DNA of 64,000 bases from Octopus sinensis (GCF_006345805.1 NC_042999.1:167834001-167898000), one strand, 5' to 3'. Counted from the first letter of the stretch, positions 27,118 through 40,270 are shown. Program-made: numbers and translations. The notes: generated by a model from the sequence alone, not told the origin.

Positions 27118-27836
27118 TATTTTCATTGTTTTGAATTAATCATATATTTATTTACATATTTTTATTCGCCCCTAGTGGGTAATAAAGAAATCATATATTT
27201 ATTTACATTATTTACAATTGACGGATATTTGTCATCATCTTGTTTGTTGTTAACACAACGTTTTGGCCAATATACCCTCCCGCCTTCATCAGGTGTCTTG
27301 GGGAAATTTCGAACCTGGGTTCTCACTCCTAAGGTATTTTTCGATGATGATGATAATGATGACGATGACGATGACAACGACGATGACGACGACTATGTCA
27401 CAGTTTAGTGATGTTCTTCTACCCTTATTTGGAGGGGGCGGCATGTTTCCCCTTGGTACGATCTACCACAGCTGCATGGGATGGAGTACACGCAGTCTTT
27501 GGTCATATTCTCTTCTATTGGTGGTTTTACTCAAAGGACATATTTGCAAAGTGTTTTATTACTCTTGAATACTGTCCTGATGTCATATGGGCCGCATATC
27601 TTTTGTATCTTTTCGGAGAGGCCTTTCACATAGAGTCTGCTTCTCAACCATTGTTTGTCTATGGACCCCTTTGGTTACTATTTTATTCTGGTGGATCCCC
27701 ATCACCATTTGATGTTTAAAATCTAGTTTTATAGATACTTCTTTTTAAATTCCTATTTTATTTTTTATATATTAACTTGTGTAACTTGTATAATGTTAGA
27801 GAAAAAAACGTTGTTTCTTGTAATACATACAAATAC

Positions 27837-27837
<1 letters not shown>

Positions 27838-27897
<60 letters not shown>

Positions 27898-28146
27898 TGA
27901 TGATGATTTTACCTCAAGGGTAGCATTGGGGAGGGGATCGACTCGAGTGCATAACTGGTACTTATTTAATCAATCCCCAAAAGGATGAAAGGCAAAGTTG
28001 ACCTCGGCGGAATTTGAACTCAAAGCGTAGCATCGGGTGCAGTACTGGTAAGCTTTTCACCCAGTCGCTAATTATTCTGCTATCTCGCCGCCTTATCAAC
28101 AACAACAACAATGATAATAAAAATAATAATAATGATAATAATAATG

Positions 28147-28190
<44 letters not shown>
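27838..28190. repeat. (AAT)n tracts flanking a family E SINE fragment (~27925-28075, -)
   Basis: Directly visible trinucleotide runs; ggatgaaaggcaaagttgacctcggcggaatttgaactc between them. Confidence 0.85.
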
Positions 28191-28192
<2 letters not shown>

Positions 28193-28541
28193 ATCTGAAG
28201 CAAAATTTTTTCAGGGTCCCTTAAAATACCATTGTGGATTCCCAATTTACTATTTTGTTGTGTGGACCCTGCAAAATCTTATATGGGCCCTCAGAAGCCA
28301 TATGGCTCCCGGTTGAGAACCAGTGGCCTCACAGTCCATGAAATTTTGTCTTCTTAATTTTCACAAACCTAAATATATCAACACCAACTCGTTATGCCAC
28401 TGTACCTGTCATTCAGAAAGCTCGTTATTTGTAACAAACACATAAAAACATTCAGACATTCAACACTCAAATAACCACAGCATCATTGTTCATTTTTGGA
28501 ATTGATACATCTTACTTCAAATCTCTATTAATGTACATATG

Positions 28542-28905
28542 TGGAGGCACAATGGCCCAGTGGTTAGGGCAGCGGACTCGCGGTCATAGGATCGCGGTTT
28601 CGATTCCCAGACCGGGCGTTGTGAGTGTTTATTGAGTGAAAACACCTAAAGCTCCACGAGGCTCCGGCAGGGGATGGTGGTGATCCCTGCTGTACTCTTT
28701 CACCACAACTTTCTCTCACTCTTACTTCCTGTTTCTGTTGTACCTGTATTTCAGGTGTCACGCTGGATATCCCCGAGAACTACATTAAGGGTACACGTGT
28801 CTGTGGAGTGCTCAGCCACTTACACGTTAATTTCACGAGCAGGCTGTTCCGTTGATTCGGATCAACCGGAACCCTCGTCGTCGGAATCGACGGAGTGCTT
28901 CCATT
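28542..28905 (+). mobile_element. SINE family B1 (small internal deletion)
   Basis: Match to 21418 and 51667. Confidence 0.88.
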
Positions 28906-29546
28906 CCCATAAATGTACATATCATGCAACATTGCTTGAGGATAGTCACAGCAAAAGCATTTATATCACAACTTTTGTCAGAATGTCTATGTAAAGAATA
29001 AATTCTTATGAATATTCTATATAATCTGGTGAGAAAGGTGTTGATTTCTCTAATTTGAAGAATAATTCATACCTGCATTGTGGAGTGGTCAAAGGGTAGG
29101 AGACAGACAAAACCTTAACCATTAGAGGATTAAACCTCAATGACAATTAATTGAAGCATTGGCAGCAGGGTGTGGATTTAGTTATTGGCAGGACCTAACA
29201 GATCAGATTCATGGTTTTGAACTAACAGGATGTCATGTAAAGGATCTTGAATACAAGACAACGGATGAGACCCTAATATTCCTAGTTACATGGAAACTGC
29301 GGGACCACATGGAGCAGTGCCTTGTGACTCCTATAGTATATGCAATGAATCCATGTGTTTGAGGCATCCTGAGGGATGATTCTTTAAATCATACATCAAC
29401 CATTTAAAAAAATGAAGAACTCATAAGACACTATATCTAGTGGGTAGGAAGGTAACTTGGTCAAGACTGGAATGTCTTTGATCATAAGCCTACTTTTATC
29501 ATGTCTGACCAAGGGTTAAACAACAACCACCTCAATTATAGGTTAA

Positions 29547-29757
29547 CCCTTTAGCATTCAGATTATTCTGTTGAATGTAATGCTTTTTCATTCATATTGT
29601 TTTTAATTAATCCTGCATTAATTTGTATTTTTGAAATTTTGATTGTATATTTTATAATTGGCATTGAAGGACGAGTATGATAGGCTGGATCTGGCTAGTT
29701 AGAACATAAAACAAGTAGCATATTTTGGTCAGATATGGTCTATTTAAATGTTGAAGG
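29547..29757. mobile_element. piggyBac-like MITE family P
   Basis: TTAA|CCCTTTAGCATTCAG start; internal match. Confidence 0.75.
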
Positions 29758-31160
29758 TTTAACAAAATAAATAGTATAAAAATTTATACCAAACCATATA
29801 CAATCTAGTTAGTTAGCCAACACTATAACATGTCTCCTTTAACTTGGCTTCATCCATGTGCATAGTCCAATAACAATTAAAAATGAATTTAAACAGAAAC
29901 TTTCACACTGTGTGAAACTATAGCAAATCACTAAAGGATTAGGCAAACAATAGTTAGTGTAGAAAACATTGTCTCCATGAAGACTGGATTTAATGATATG
30001 GACTAAGAGTTCAATGAGAAATTGAGTATCTGTGACAATGAAACTCATGCCATTGCTTTCAGGTCAAGTATCTACTGTATTAGTGCTGACCATGACCACC
30101 ACTTAATTGAATGTAATCTACTCCATGGATCAATTATAATATGTATAATCTTAAGTAAGTGATAATTGTAACCCAAGGATTTATAAATCCTAGTTTCATT
30201 TACAGTTTCAGGTCAAGGTCTTTTTAGGTAATTGTGTGTGTGTGTATGTGGTGTTGGTGTTATCAATTAACCCCCATATCAGCCAAAGGACAAGCAGGCC
30301 TATTGTCAAAGGTATTCCTGCTGTGACAATCTTGTCTTATTTTCAGACATTACTCCAATTTTTTTTAAGATGTTAAAAGTGGTGATTTGAGAGAGATTTG
30401 ACTGCTGCCCTTGACAGCTTCAGCAACTATGTAGAGGCTCTCTCAGACTATGACAATTGCATTATTGCTGTTTAGTCCCTATTCAGTCCTGGCTGAGCAG
30501 ATCGGAGACTACATTGCATAATATATGTTTTTTTTATTTGAGGTCGATTTAACTGCTATTTCTAGAAAATTGAACTATTATGTAGTAGTTACATCATTAA
30601 TTCAATTTTTGGTAGTTTATATCTTTTATATTTTATTTGTTTCAGTCATTGGACTCTGACCATCCTGGGGCAGCACTTTATAAGGTTTTCTTAAACTAAT
30701 CAATGCCAATACTTATTTTTTAAAACCTGCTACTTATTCTTTGGGTTTTTTGGGGTTTTTTTTGCTGAACATGCTAAGTTACAAGAATGTAAACAAACCA
30801 ACATCATTTTCAAGCAGAGGTGGAAGACAAACATAAAGATACACACAACAAGCTTCTTTCATTTTCCATCCACCAAATCCACTCAGAGGGCTTTGGTTGA
30901 CTTGGGGTTACCCCAAGGTGCCATGTTGTGAGACTGAACCAAGAACCATGTGGTTGGGAAGCCATGCCTGCATTTATGGTGCTATATCTAATAACTCTCG
31001 GCTCAATTCAGCACCTAAACCTGGTACTTTGGTGACTTTGGGTTTCACTGCAGTTGTTGATAACATTTGTGGCTGTTTATCAGTCCCTGTCCTTCTCTCT
31101 AGTCTGGATGGGCCTTCAAAGGTCATGGACACATCTCCTCCTCTTCCTTCAACTAAGATT

Positions 31161-31382
31161 ATTTACTCTTTTACTTTTTTCAGTCATTTGACTGCGGCCA
31201 TGCTGGAGCACTGCCTTTAATCGAGAAACTCGACCCCCGGGACTTATTCTTTTGTAAGCCCAGTACTTATTCTATCGGTCTCTTTTGCCGAACCGCTAAG
31301 TAACGGGGACATAAACACACCAGCATCGGTTGTCAAGCAATGCTAGGGGGACAAACACAGACACACAAACACACACATGCAC

Positions 31383-31443
<61 letters not shown>

Positions 31444-31604
31444 CATATATACGACAGGCTTCTTTCAGTTTCCGTCTACCAAATCCACTCACAAGGCTTT
31501 GGTCGGCCCGAGGCTATAGTAGAAGACACTTGCCCAAGGTGCCATGCAGTGGGACTGAACCCGGAACCATGTGGTTGGTAAGCAAGCTACTTACCACACA
31601 GCCA
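31161..31604 (-). mobile_element. SINE family A
   Basis: Near full-length match. Confidence 0.9.
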
Positions 31605-31724
31605 TTATTTAGTAACAACAATTGTGTGTGTGTTTTTTGTGTTCAGAAATGTTAATATATTATTCACTTGTATATGTAAAAGGGAGGTATTCCACTTTGG
31701 GCAGCAGTTTTGAGATGTATCATA

Positions 31725-32022
31725 TCTTTATATATAAAAGTGAAGTTGTGTGTCTGTCTCCTACGATTTAGATTCCTAACTACTCCCACATTTTGCGGTG
31801 CAGTTTAGCCAAAACCGGGTATCTTATAGTCGTGATTCATATCGAGCCCTTCTGGGTATTAGCGCGCGTCTACGATGAGTCTACGATTTTTAAAGAAATT
31901 TACCATAATTTTTTTTTCCATTTTTAATGCATTTTTTTGCTATTTTTTGGCTATAACTCTCTAAAAATGCTTATATAGTTATTTCCCTTACAAACCCGAG
32001 CAACGCCAGGCGATACTGCTAG
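31725..32022 (+). mobile_element. Non-autonomous Helitron (single internal module)
   Basis: A|TC...CTAG|T with subterminal hairpin. Confidence 0.87.
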
Positions 32023-32551
32023 TTTATCATAAAGTAGGATGCAAAGCTGAGGAGCTTCCCTGGGCAGTGAAACCTCTAGGTACGCCACCATAGTTACTAA
32101 CTTTATCAATATGTTTGCGGGTGTACATTTTAAATATTCATCTATACATGTGTCTATGCATATATCTGTGCATGTATATGTAAATTAAATGTTGACCTGG
32201 AATTATTTCAGAAAACTCCAGTTATTTGAGAAGAAAAGTTTGTTACATTGTGTTGATGTCTTAGTTGTATCACAGTGGTACCATTAAAAAAGAAAACACT
32301 TACACATGCACACACACACACACAAGCACACAAACACATGTAGAAAATAGTTCTGCTGTTAATGGCCTGAAATTGTGAAGGAATCTCCAACCTAAATATT
32401 TATGATTGACTCAGGAGGAGAATGGTGCAAAGATAAAGTAAACACATTTACTAAACAGTCACTTTTATATCAATTTGGCGGCATTTTTATTGACCTGTAT
32501 ATGTATATGGGTGTGTGTGTGTATATATGTGTGCATATGCATATATGTATA

Positions 32552-32582
<31 letters not shown>

Positions 32583-33467
32583 GTATATGTGTGTATATAT
32601 ATATTTAAACATGTTTATGAGTGTATACATGCATATACATACACATAAATTTATATGCGTGTATATATATATATGTGTGTGTGTGTTCACATAGGTGTGT
32701 CTGTGTCAATGCGTGCGTGCCCGCGCACTCGCATACATATTTAAGCTAAAAAGTTAACCTATTTTGCAATTTGCTTGTGATGAATTCAAACTGTTTAAAA
32801 ATTTCTTTAAACATGAATTATACATTTTGTTATATTTCTTTTTTTTTTCAAAGCCATAAAATAATATTAAAAATTGCTGCTATTTAGAGCAAGCTGCTAT
32901 GTTAAATATTTCTATCACCATATTTGCTGCATAATGTACCAGTAAAAAGACGGCACAAACGACATATTTTTTGAAGAGTTTAGTAACTTGTAGTTTAAAT
33001 AATTATGTGAAAAAAAAAGAACAAAATAATAAATAACCATTTCAATTGAAGCAGTAAATAGTCAGGAGAAATAACTTGATGCCGGATATATTTTAGACTA
33101 AAACTAGTTCATTTCTGTTTTATTTTGAAACAGGATAAAAACCTCATTTTTTTGTTTTATTTTTAAATGCATTTACACTAAAAATAAACAACAAATGAAA
33201 AAAATTATGTTTCAGATAGTTTTTATTTGTTGTTCCTGGCTTATGTATTTTATTTATTTATCAGAAATAGAATAATAGGAAAGCACATTGCTTTTCTAAA
33301 TTGATATTAATTTAAGTGATAACCCTAACATCTCAAGATCAGATTATTTTAAAGACTTATTCAGATTTTGATTCTTGTTTGATTGATGACATTTGACTGA
33401 GATTATTACATGAGATGAAACTGCGATTAAAAAAAGTAATCCAAAATGAAAATAAATAAATATAATA

Positions 33468-33716
33468 GGCACAGGAGCGGCTGTGTGGTAAGTAGCTTGC
33501 TAACCAACCACATGGTTCCGGGTTCAGTCCCACTGCATGGCATCTTGGGCAAGTGTCTTCTGCTATAGCCCCGGGCCGACCAATGCCTTGTGAGTGGATT
33601 TGGTAGACGGAAACTGAAAGAAGCCTGTCGTATATATGTATATATATATGTGTATGTGAACCCGGAACCATGTGGTTGGTTAGCAAGCTACTTACCACAC
33701 AGCCACTCCTGCGCCT
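33468..33716. mobile_element. SINE family A 5' half followed by its own inverted head
   Basis: 33468-33650 on +, then 33657-33716 is the reverse complement of the first ~60 nt. Confidence 0.85.
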
Positions 33717-34220
33717 ATCTACTTTGACATCATTTCTGTGGCTAAGTGTCCTTCCTAATGCCAACCATTTTACAGAGTGTAAATGGGTGCTTTCTACATG
33801 GCATTAGCAATAGTGATATTTTAAGTGTTATATAAATGCATATATACTAAATATTTATGTATATTTGTGCTGTGTAAAGGGATGTGTGGTGTGTAATTGA
33901 AGTGTCTATCATATAATCCATCTGTTTGTTGTCTATTGTGTGTGTATTGTGCAAGTATGTGTGCTTCCTATACATATATATGTGTGTATCTAGGCCTGAA
34001 TAGATTTGTGTACATTAATATCAATACTTGACTCTTCAGTGATTTTTTATTTCTGTTTTATTTCATTGTTGTCTTTTACCATTGGTCCAATAATGATTTT
34101 TACCTGCAGAAATAGCTACCTGCCAACTTTGGCACAGCAAAGACCCACTTTTGAAGTAACCTTCATCTTGCTAGTAGACACTCTCTCTTTCTTCCTCCCC
34201 CCTCTCTCTCTCTTTCTTTT

Positions 34221-34255
<35 letters not shown>

Positions 34256-34374
34256 TATGTCTTAGAACTGCACCGACTATGTTAAAAAACATACTTCATG
34301 TTTGTATTGACACATTGTCTAAGGTTCCCAACTCTCTCTCTCTCTCTCTCTTTCTCTTTGCACACACACACACA

Positions 34375-34620
<246 letters not shown>

Positions 34621-36028
34621 TTAATTAGAGACAAAACCACACACACATGGGGTTGGGGTGTCACATAGATTGCCATGTCCAGGTTTTCTGATCAAAACAG
34701 ATATTATTATTGTGTTGTTTGTTGTTACAAAAAGCCTAACAGATAAAATACGCAGTTGTTTCTAAATAAATTGTGACATCATGGTGTGTTAGGTTTTTGT
34801 TGTTTTTTTTACCTTAGCTTTTTTTTTTTTTTTGATAAATAATATGTGAGAGTGTGGTAGTGAGGTGTAGTTGCTGGAGTGGTTCCAATATTTCCATCCT
34901 TCAAGTGGGTGTTAATTTATGCCTCAAAGTCACAACTTACATTATTTCTTTACTGTTTAATTTGTTTGTTTGATTGCAGTTCAGTTGAGTGGCAGGTGCA
35001 TGATGACAAGTGCTAATCGACATCAGGTGCAATAATACAACAGGTTTTCTGTATTGTATCAGATAATGTACATGACTGTCTCTAATCCGGCTTGTGATTC
35101 TCTTTGTACTCAGAGACTTCTTTCTGATGCCAAGAGAACACAAGTTTGTGAAATTTTAAGAGTGCATGTATGTTTGCTTATTAATGAAAACATCTATACA
35201 TACATACATACATACATAGATATATACACACACACATACTTGGATACCGATACACTTACACACACAAAGTTATATATAAAGGAATATATTTGCATTTATG
35301 GAGCCAGTCTAGAACAACTGTTACTTTAGCAATTTATACAAGTTTTATTTCAGATTTAAATGCAATCTAATCTATAGATAAAATTGTCTTTTGTGTGTAG
35401 ACACGTGTTTGTGGGAAGGTGGATATTTGACTCTTTTGTGATCAGGTTTGTAATGAAGTATACTGCTTATATATTATCCTTTATTTTGTTACTTGCTTCA
35501 GTCATTGGACTGCAGTCATGCCGGGGCATAGCCTTCAAGGGTTTCAGTGAAAACAAATCAATCCTAGCACTTATTTTCCTAGGTCTCATACTTACTCTGT
35601 CAGTCTCTTTTGCCAAACAATTAAGTTACAGAGATCTGTGTTTTGTTCATTACTGCTTACTAGAATGATTCTCACCTAATACTATTTTTGATGGTTTTAA
35701 TTAAAATATGAACACTTCAGGTTTTGTATCATATTTCAGGCAGGTTTGATATCAGAAGAATTAAGTAAGGAATCTCAAAACAACAACAACATCATCATCG
35801 TCATTGTGGTTGGGTGTGTGTTTAAGCATGGTAAAGTAGACATTAAATTGATGATGATATTATACGAGTGTGTATATGATATACATATATATATATATAT
35901 ATATATATCACAATCAAGGAACGGCCATAATAGGCCATTCACCCACTAGAAATAACAGCCAAAGCTTCAACCGCAAAATAACATCAATTCCGTAAACCAG
36001 GAGAAAATTAAAAAACATTTACCCTGTA

Positions 36029-36135
36029 ATTTCTTATACGATGCACCGTTTCATCTACTGTTTAATGGTAAACTAACCTGATTAAATTAAATCAAGCCAA
36101 TCTTCCATAGGCCCTTAGAATCGTCAGTAAGAAAT
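36029..36135 (-). ncRNA. Type I hammerhead ribozyme, copy 1
   Basis: Minus strand: stem I AUUUCUUA, core CUGACGA, long stem II, GAAA, stem III CGGUGCAUCG, UA cleavage site (GUA), stem I' UAAGAAAU. Confidence 0.8.
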
Positions 36136-36515
36136 AGCCAAGTCGGAACAGATATTTTCACGAGGCATTTCTGTCCCTGCCTCGGCAATATCTGACCTAA
36201 AATTTTCAAATCATCGCACTCACGCCAAATTTATCGGCAGCAAAAAAATATAAGCCGCCGATTCCATTACAGAATTAACCAGAAAATTCATAATTAATCA
36301 ATATAGGGTGGCAAAAAATTTTGTAGAATTTTTTTGCCACCAGCGGCCTAGTGGGAAAAAATTAAATAGTCATAGACCATTTTTAAGTTCAACATCACAA
36401 TCAAGGAACGGCCATAATAGGCCATTCACCCACTAGAAATAACAGCCAAAGCTTCAACCGCAAAATAACATCAATTCCGTAAACCAGGAGAAAATTAAAA
36501 AACATTTACCCTGTA

Positions 36516-36622
36516 ATTTCTTATACGATGCACCGTTTCATCTACTGTTTAATGGTAAACTAACCTGATTAAATTAAATCAAGCCAATCTTCCATAGGCC
36601 CTTAGAATCGTCAGTAAGAAAT
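36516..36622 (-). ncRNA. Type I hammerhead ribozyme, copy 2
   Basis: Identical to copy 1, offset by 487 bp. Confidence 0.8.
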
Positions 36623-36921
36623 AGCCAAGTCGGAACAGATATTTTCACGAGGCATTTCTGTCCCTGCCTCGGCAATATCTGACCTAAAATTTTCAAATCA
36701 TCGCACTCGCGCCAAATTTATCGGCAGCAAATAAATATAAACCGCCGATTCCATTACGGAATTAACCAGAAAATTCATAATTAATCAATATAGGGTGGCA
36801 AAAAATTTTGTAGAATTTTTTTGCCACCAGCGGCCTAGTGGGAAAAAATTAAATAGTCATAGACCATTTTTAAGTTCAACATCACAATCAAGGAACGGCC
36901 ATATATATATATATATATATA

Positions 36922-37319
36922 CTAGCAGTATCGCCTGGCGTTGCTCAGGTTTGTAAGAGAAATAACTATATAAGCATTTTTAGAGAGTTATAGCCAAAAA
37001 ATAGCAAAAATATGCATTAAAAATGGAAAAAAAATTATGGTAAATTTTTTTTTAAATCGTTGACTCATCGTAGACATTTTTAGAGAGTTACTTCCCTTAT
37101 ATAATAGCGAAAAAATGCATTAAAATGGAAAAAAATGATGGTAAATTTTTTTTTAAATCATAGACTCATCGTAGACGTGCGCTAATACTCAAAAGGGCTC
37201 GATATAAATCACAACTATAAGATACCCGCTTTTGGTTAAACTGCACTGCAAAATGTGGGAGTAGTTAGGAATCTAAATCGTAGGAGACAGACACACAACT
37301 TCTCTTTTCTATATAAAGA
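36922..37319 (-). mobile_element. Non-autonomous Helitron
   Basis: Reverse complement of the 3585-type element: A|CTAG at 36921-25, GA|T at 37318-20. Confidence 0.85.
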
Positions 37320-37874
37320 TATATCATATACAATATATATATATATACATACATACATCATCACTTACACTCACACATGCACATTATCCAGCCAGCTATC
37401 TCACTGATTCTTTCCCTCTTTGCTATCCTGATATTCTAATTATATTTACAATCTGTTCATCAAGACAAAAATATAAATATCCACTTATTAAAGGGTTATT
37501 AATTACATTTTATCATACCCAGTGATTAACATCATCAGAATGTGAAATACTATTCCCTTGGTTTATTATGGGCATCTCCCTCTTCTTTATCTTGCTTTTC
37601 ACCTAACACACAAATGTTTTATATCTTCATCATCATTGTTATCATCATCCTTCTACAAATGACTGAGAGAACGGCTTTCTTAGAAACAGCTAAGATTTGA
37701 ATATTCTTCGAATAACACCCTTCCAGCATAATAAGAATGAAAACCCATTGAGAGTGTAGTTTTAGGTATAGTGTGACAGAAAATTAAAGACAGACAGGAT
37801 AGACACATTTGCAATGTCTTTCATCATAGATCTATCTAATTAGCTACATCTATCTAATTAGCTACAATCACTCT

Positions 37875-38200
37875 GATAGCTGGCACTCGGTCGGTTGCGA
37901 TGACGAGAGTTCCAGTAGAGCCGATCAACAGAACAGCCTACTCGTGAAATTAATGTGCAAGTGGCCAAGCACTCCACAGACATGCATACCCTTAAACATA
38001 GTTCTAAGAGAGATTCAGTATGACACAGAATATGACAAGGCTGGCCCTTTAAAATACAAGCAAGACTGATTTTTACCAGCTGAGTGGACTTTGGCAATGT
38101 GAAAGAAAAATGTCTTGCTCAAGGACACAATGCTCAGCTGGGAATCAAACTCTTGACCTTATGCTCATGAACTGACCACCTTAGCAGCTACTAAACTACT
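37875..38200 (-). mobile_element. Diverged SINE combining a D-like core with a B1-like tail
   Basis: ctcgtgaaattaatgtgcaagtgg...gacaaggctggcccttt (B1 tail) joined to ccagctgagtggact...ttgctcaaggacaca (D-like core). Confidence 0.55.
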
Positions 38201-38477
38201 TGCCTTCTCTACATCACTCGGATAAGACCCACTTGGGCTTTTTTCTGAGTTTACCTTTCATATCTTATTTGTTTCAATCATTGAACTGCAGCCATGACCT
38301 TGAAGGGTTTAGTCAAACAAATTGACTCCAGTACTTATTTGTAAGCCTGGTACTTATTCTATCAGTCACTTTTTGCTGACCTGCTAAGTTATGGGAGCAT
38401 AAACAAACTAACACTGTTTGTCAAGTGGTGGGGCAGAGAGATAAATGCCAAGACAGAGACATACACACAGATATATA

Positions 38478-38762
38478 TATGGCCCAGTGGTTAGGGCAGC
38501 GGACTCGAGGTCACAGGATCGCGGTTTCGATTCCCAGACTGGACGTTGTGAGTGTTTATTGAGCGAAAACACCTAAAAGCTTCATGAGGCTCCGGCAGGG
38601 GGTGGTAATCCCTGCTGTACTCTTTCACCACCCTTTCTTCTGTTGGCCTGCTCGCTTAGCCAGTGGGGTGGCGTCATTCGAAGGCTAAAACAATGCGAAC
38701 GCATTGTGACCAGCGATGTGTAACAACATCTGATGGTCTGATCAGTCACATGATCACGTGAT
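38478..38762 (+). mobile_element. SINE family B2 inserted in an older family A copy (~38265-39015)
   Basis: B2 body and tail; family A fragments on both sides. Confidence 0.8.
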
Positions 38763-39140
38763 ATATATCTATATATATATATATATGGATTGCAGTAGTT
38801 TTTTAACGGTGGTGCATCAGCTTGGACACAGCTCTGAGCTGAAACTAGAAAAAAAAAAAAAATACACACAATAGGCTTCGTTCAGTTTCCATCTACCAAA
38901 TCTACTTACAAGCCTTTGGTTGGCCCAGGACTATAGTGGAAGACATTTGCCCTAGATGCTGTGCAGTGGGACTGAATCCAAACCACATGGATGAGAAACT
39001 GGCTTCTTACCACACTGTGTAATTTAATAGCCATAATAACAATAATAATAATAATCCTTTCTACTATAGGCATAAAACCTGGAATTTGGGGGCAGAGGAC
39101 TAGTCAATTACATTAACCCCAGTGTTTTATTGGTACTTAA

Positions 39141-39361
39141 CCCTTTAGCATTTAAACTGGCCATATCTGGCTGGAATGATCTACTTGTTTTATGTTCAAA
39201 TTGGCCAGATCCAGCCTCTCACACAGACCCTATAATGTCATTCTTACAAATAAACAATCACATCATCGAAATCTTGAAGCTACATGAAAATGCATTTTTG
39301 ATTCAAAACAATATGCATTAATAAGCATTACATTTGACAGAATAATCTGAATGTTAAAGGG
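39141..39361. mobile_element. piggyBac-like MITE family P nested in a family E SINE (39052-39495)
   Basis: TTAA|CCCTTT...AAAGGG|TTAA with TTAA duplication; the SINE sequence resumes after it. Confidence 0.87.
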
Positions 39362-39840
39362 TTAATTTATCAATCCCAAAAAAGGATGAAAGGAAAAATC
39401 GACCTTGGTGGAATTTAAACTCAAAACGTAATGACAGGCGAAATACTGCTAAGCATTTCATCCAGTGTGCTAACAATTCTGCCAGCTCACTGCCTCAAGC
39501 GGTTTTCCATAGATGAAACTATAACATCTTCATGTTTGTTTCTATGCAAAATAGTATCAGCTGGTTGCAGGTCTTCACTGAGCAGATCTCATTTCAGAGA
39601 TTTCTTTCTCCTAGACAGATTGTCTTCACCATAACTGGAGAGTGTCATTTATCCTTAACCAAATTAGGTGGCTGTTGGTGTTCTACTATTTTTTACATCC
39701 TACATATTATTCAAAAAGTCACCCTCCTCATCAAACAAGCTTGATGGGGTTGCCAGTTTAGTCACTCGGGACTCAACCATGCAACAGGTTGTACTGGGTT
39801 ACACGATGCGTAAGAGTGACCTGTCATTTGTCAAGTCACT

Positions 39841-40062
39841 CTCTTTCTCTCTTTTACTTGTTTCAGTCATTTCACTGCGGCCATGCTGGAGCACCACCTT
39901 TAGTCGAGCAGATCAACCCTGGGACTTATTCTTTGTAAGCCCAGTACTTATTCTATCAGTTTCTTTTGCTGAACCGCTAAGTGACGGGGACATAAACACA
40001 CCAGCATCGGTTGTCAAGCAATGCTAGGGGGACAAACACAGACACACAAACATATACACACG

Positions 40063-40104
<42 letters not shown>

Positions 40105-40270
40105 TACGACAGGCTTCTTTCAGTTTCCGTCTACCAAATCCACTCACAAGGCATTGGTCAACCCAGGGCTATAGCAGAAGACACTTGCCCAAGATGTCAC
40201 GCAGTGGGACTGAACCCGGAACCATGTGGCTGGTAAGCAAGCTACTTACCACACAGCCACTCCTGCACCT
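39841..40270 (-). mobile_element. SINE family A
   Basis: Full-length match. Confidence 0.9.

Larger units (their letters stand above)
35907..36903 (-). mobile_element. 487-bp tandem repeat (2 units + ~23 nt), hammerhead-containing, retrozyme-like
   Basis: Unit starts at 35907, 36394 and 36881; 4 substitutions between units; flanked by (TA)n on both sides; type I hammerhead and several hairpins per unit. Confidence 0.8.

Noticed and set aside
28210-28325. hAT-like terminus cccggttgagaaccagtg
   Set aside because: Only one terminus visible and no TSD; too incomplete to call.
29159-29362. 67-aa ORF MAAGCGFSYWQDL...
   Set aside because: No splice signals or motif; probably decayed repeat sequence.
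35062-35167. Candidate exon IMYMTVSNPACDSLCTQRLL...
   Set aside because: Open only in phase 0, incompatible with the phase 1 Ig exon; no recognisable motif and only a moderate donor.
35907-36903. CRISPR array or simple assembly duplicate as explanation for the 487-bp repeat
   Set aside because: No repeat-spacer organisation and eukaryotic context; the units differ at 4 positions.
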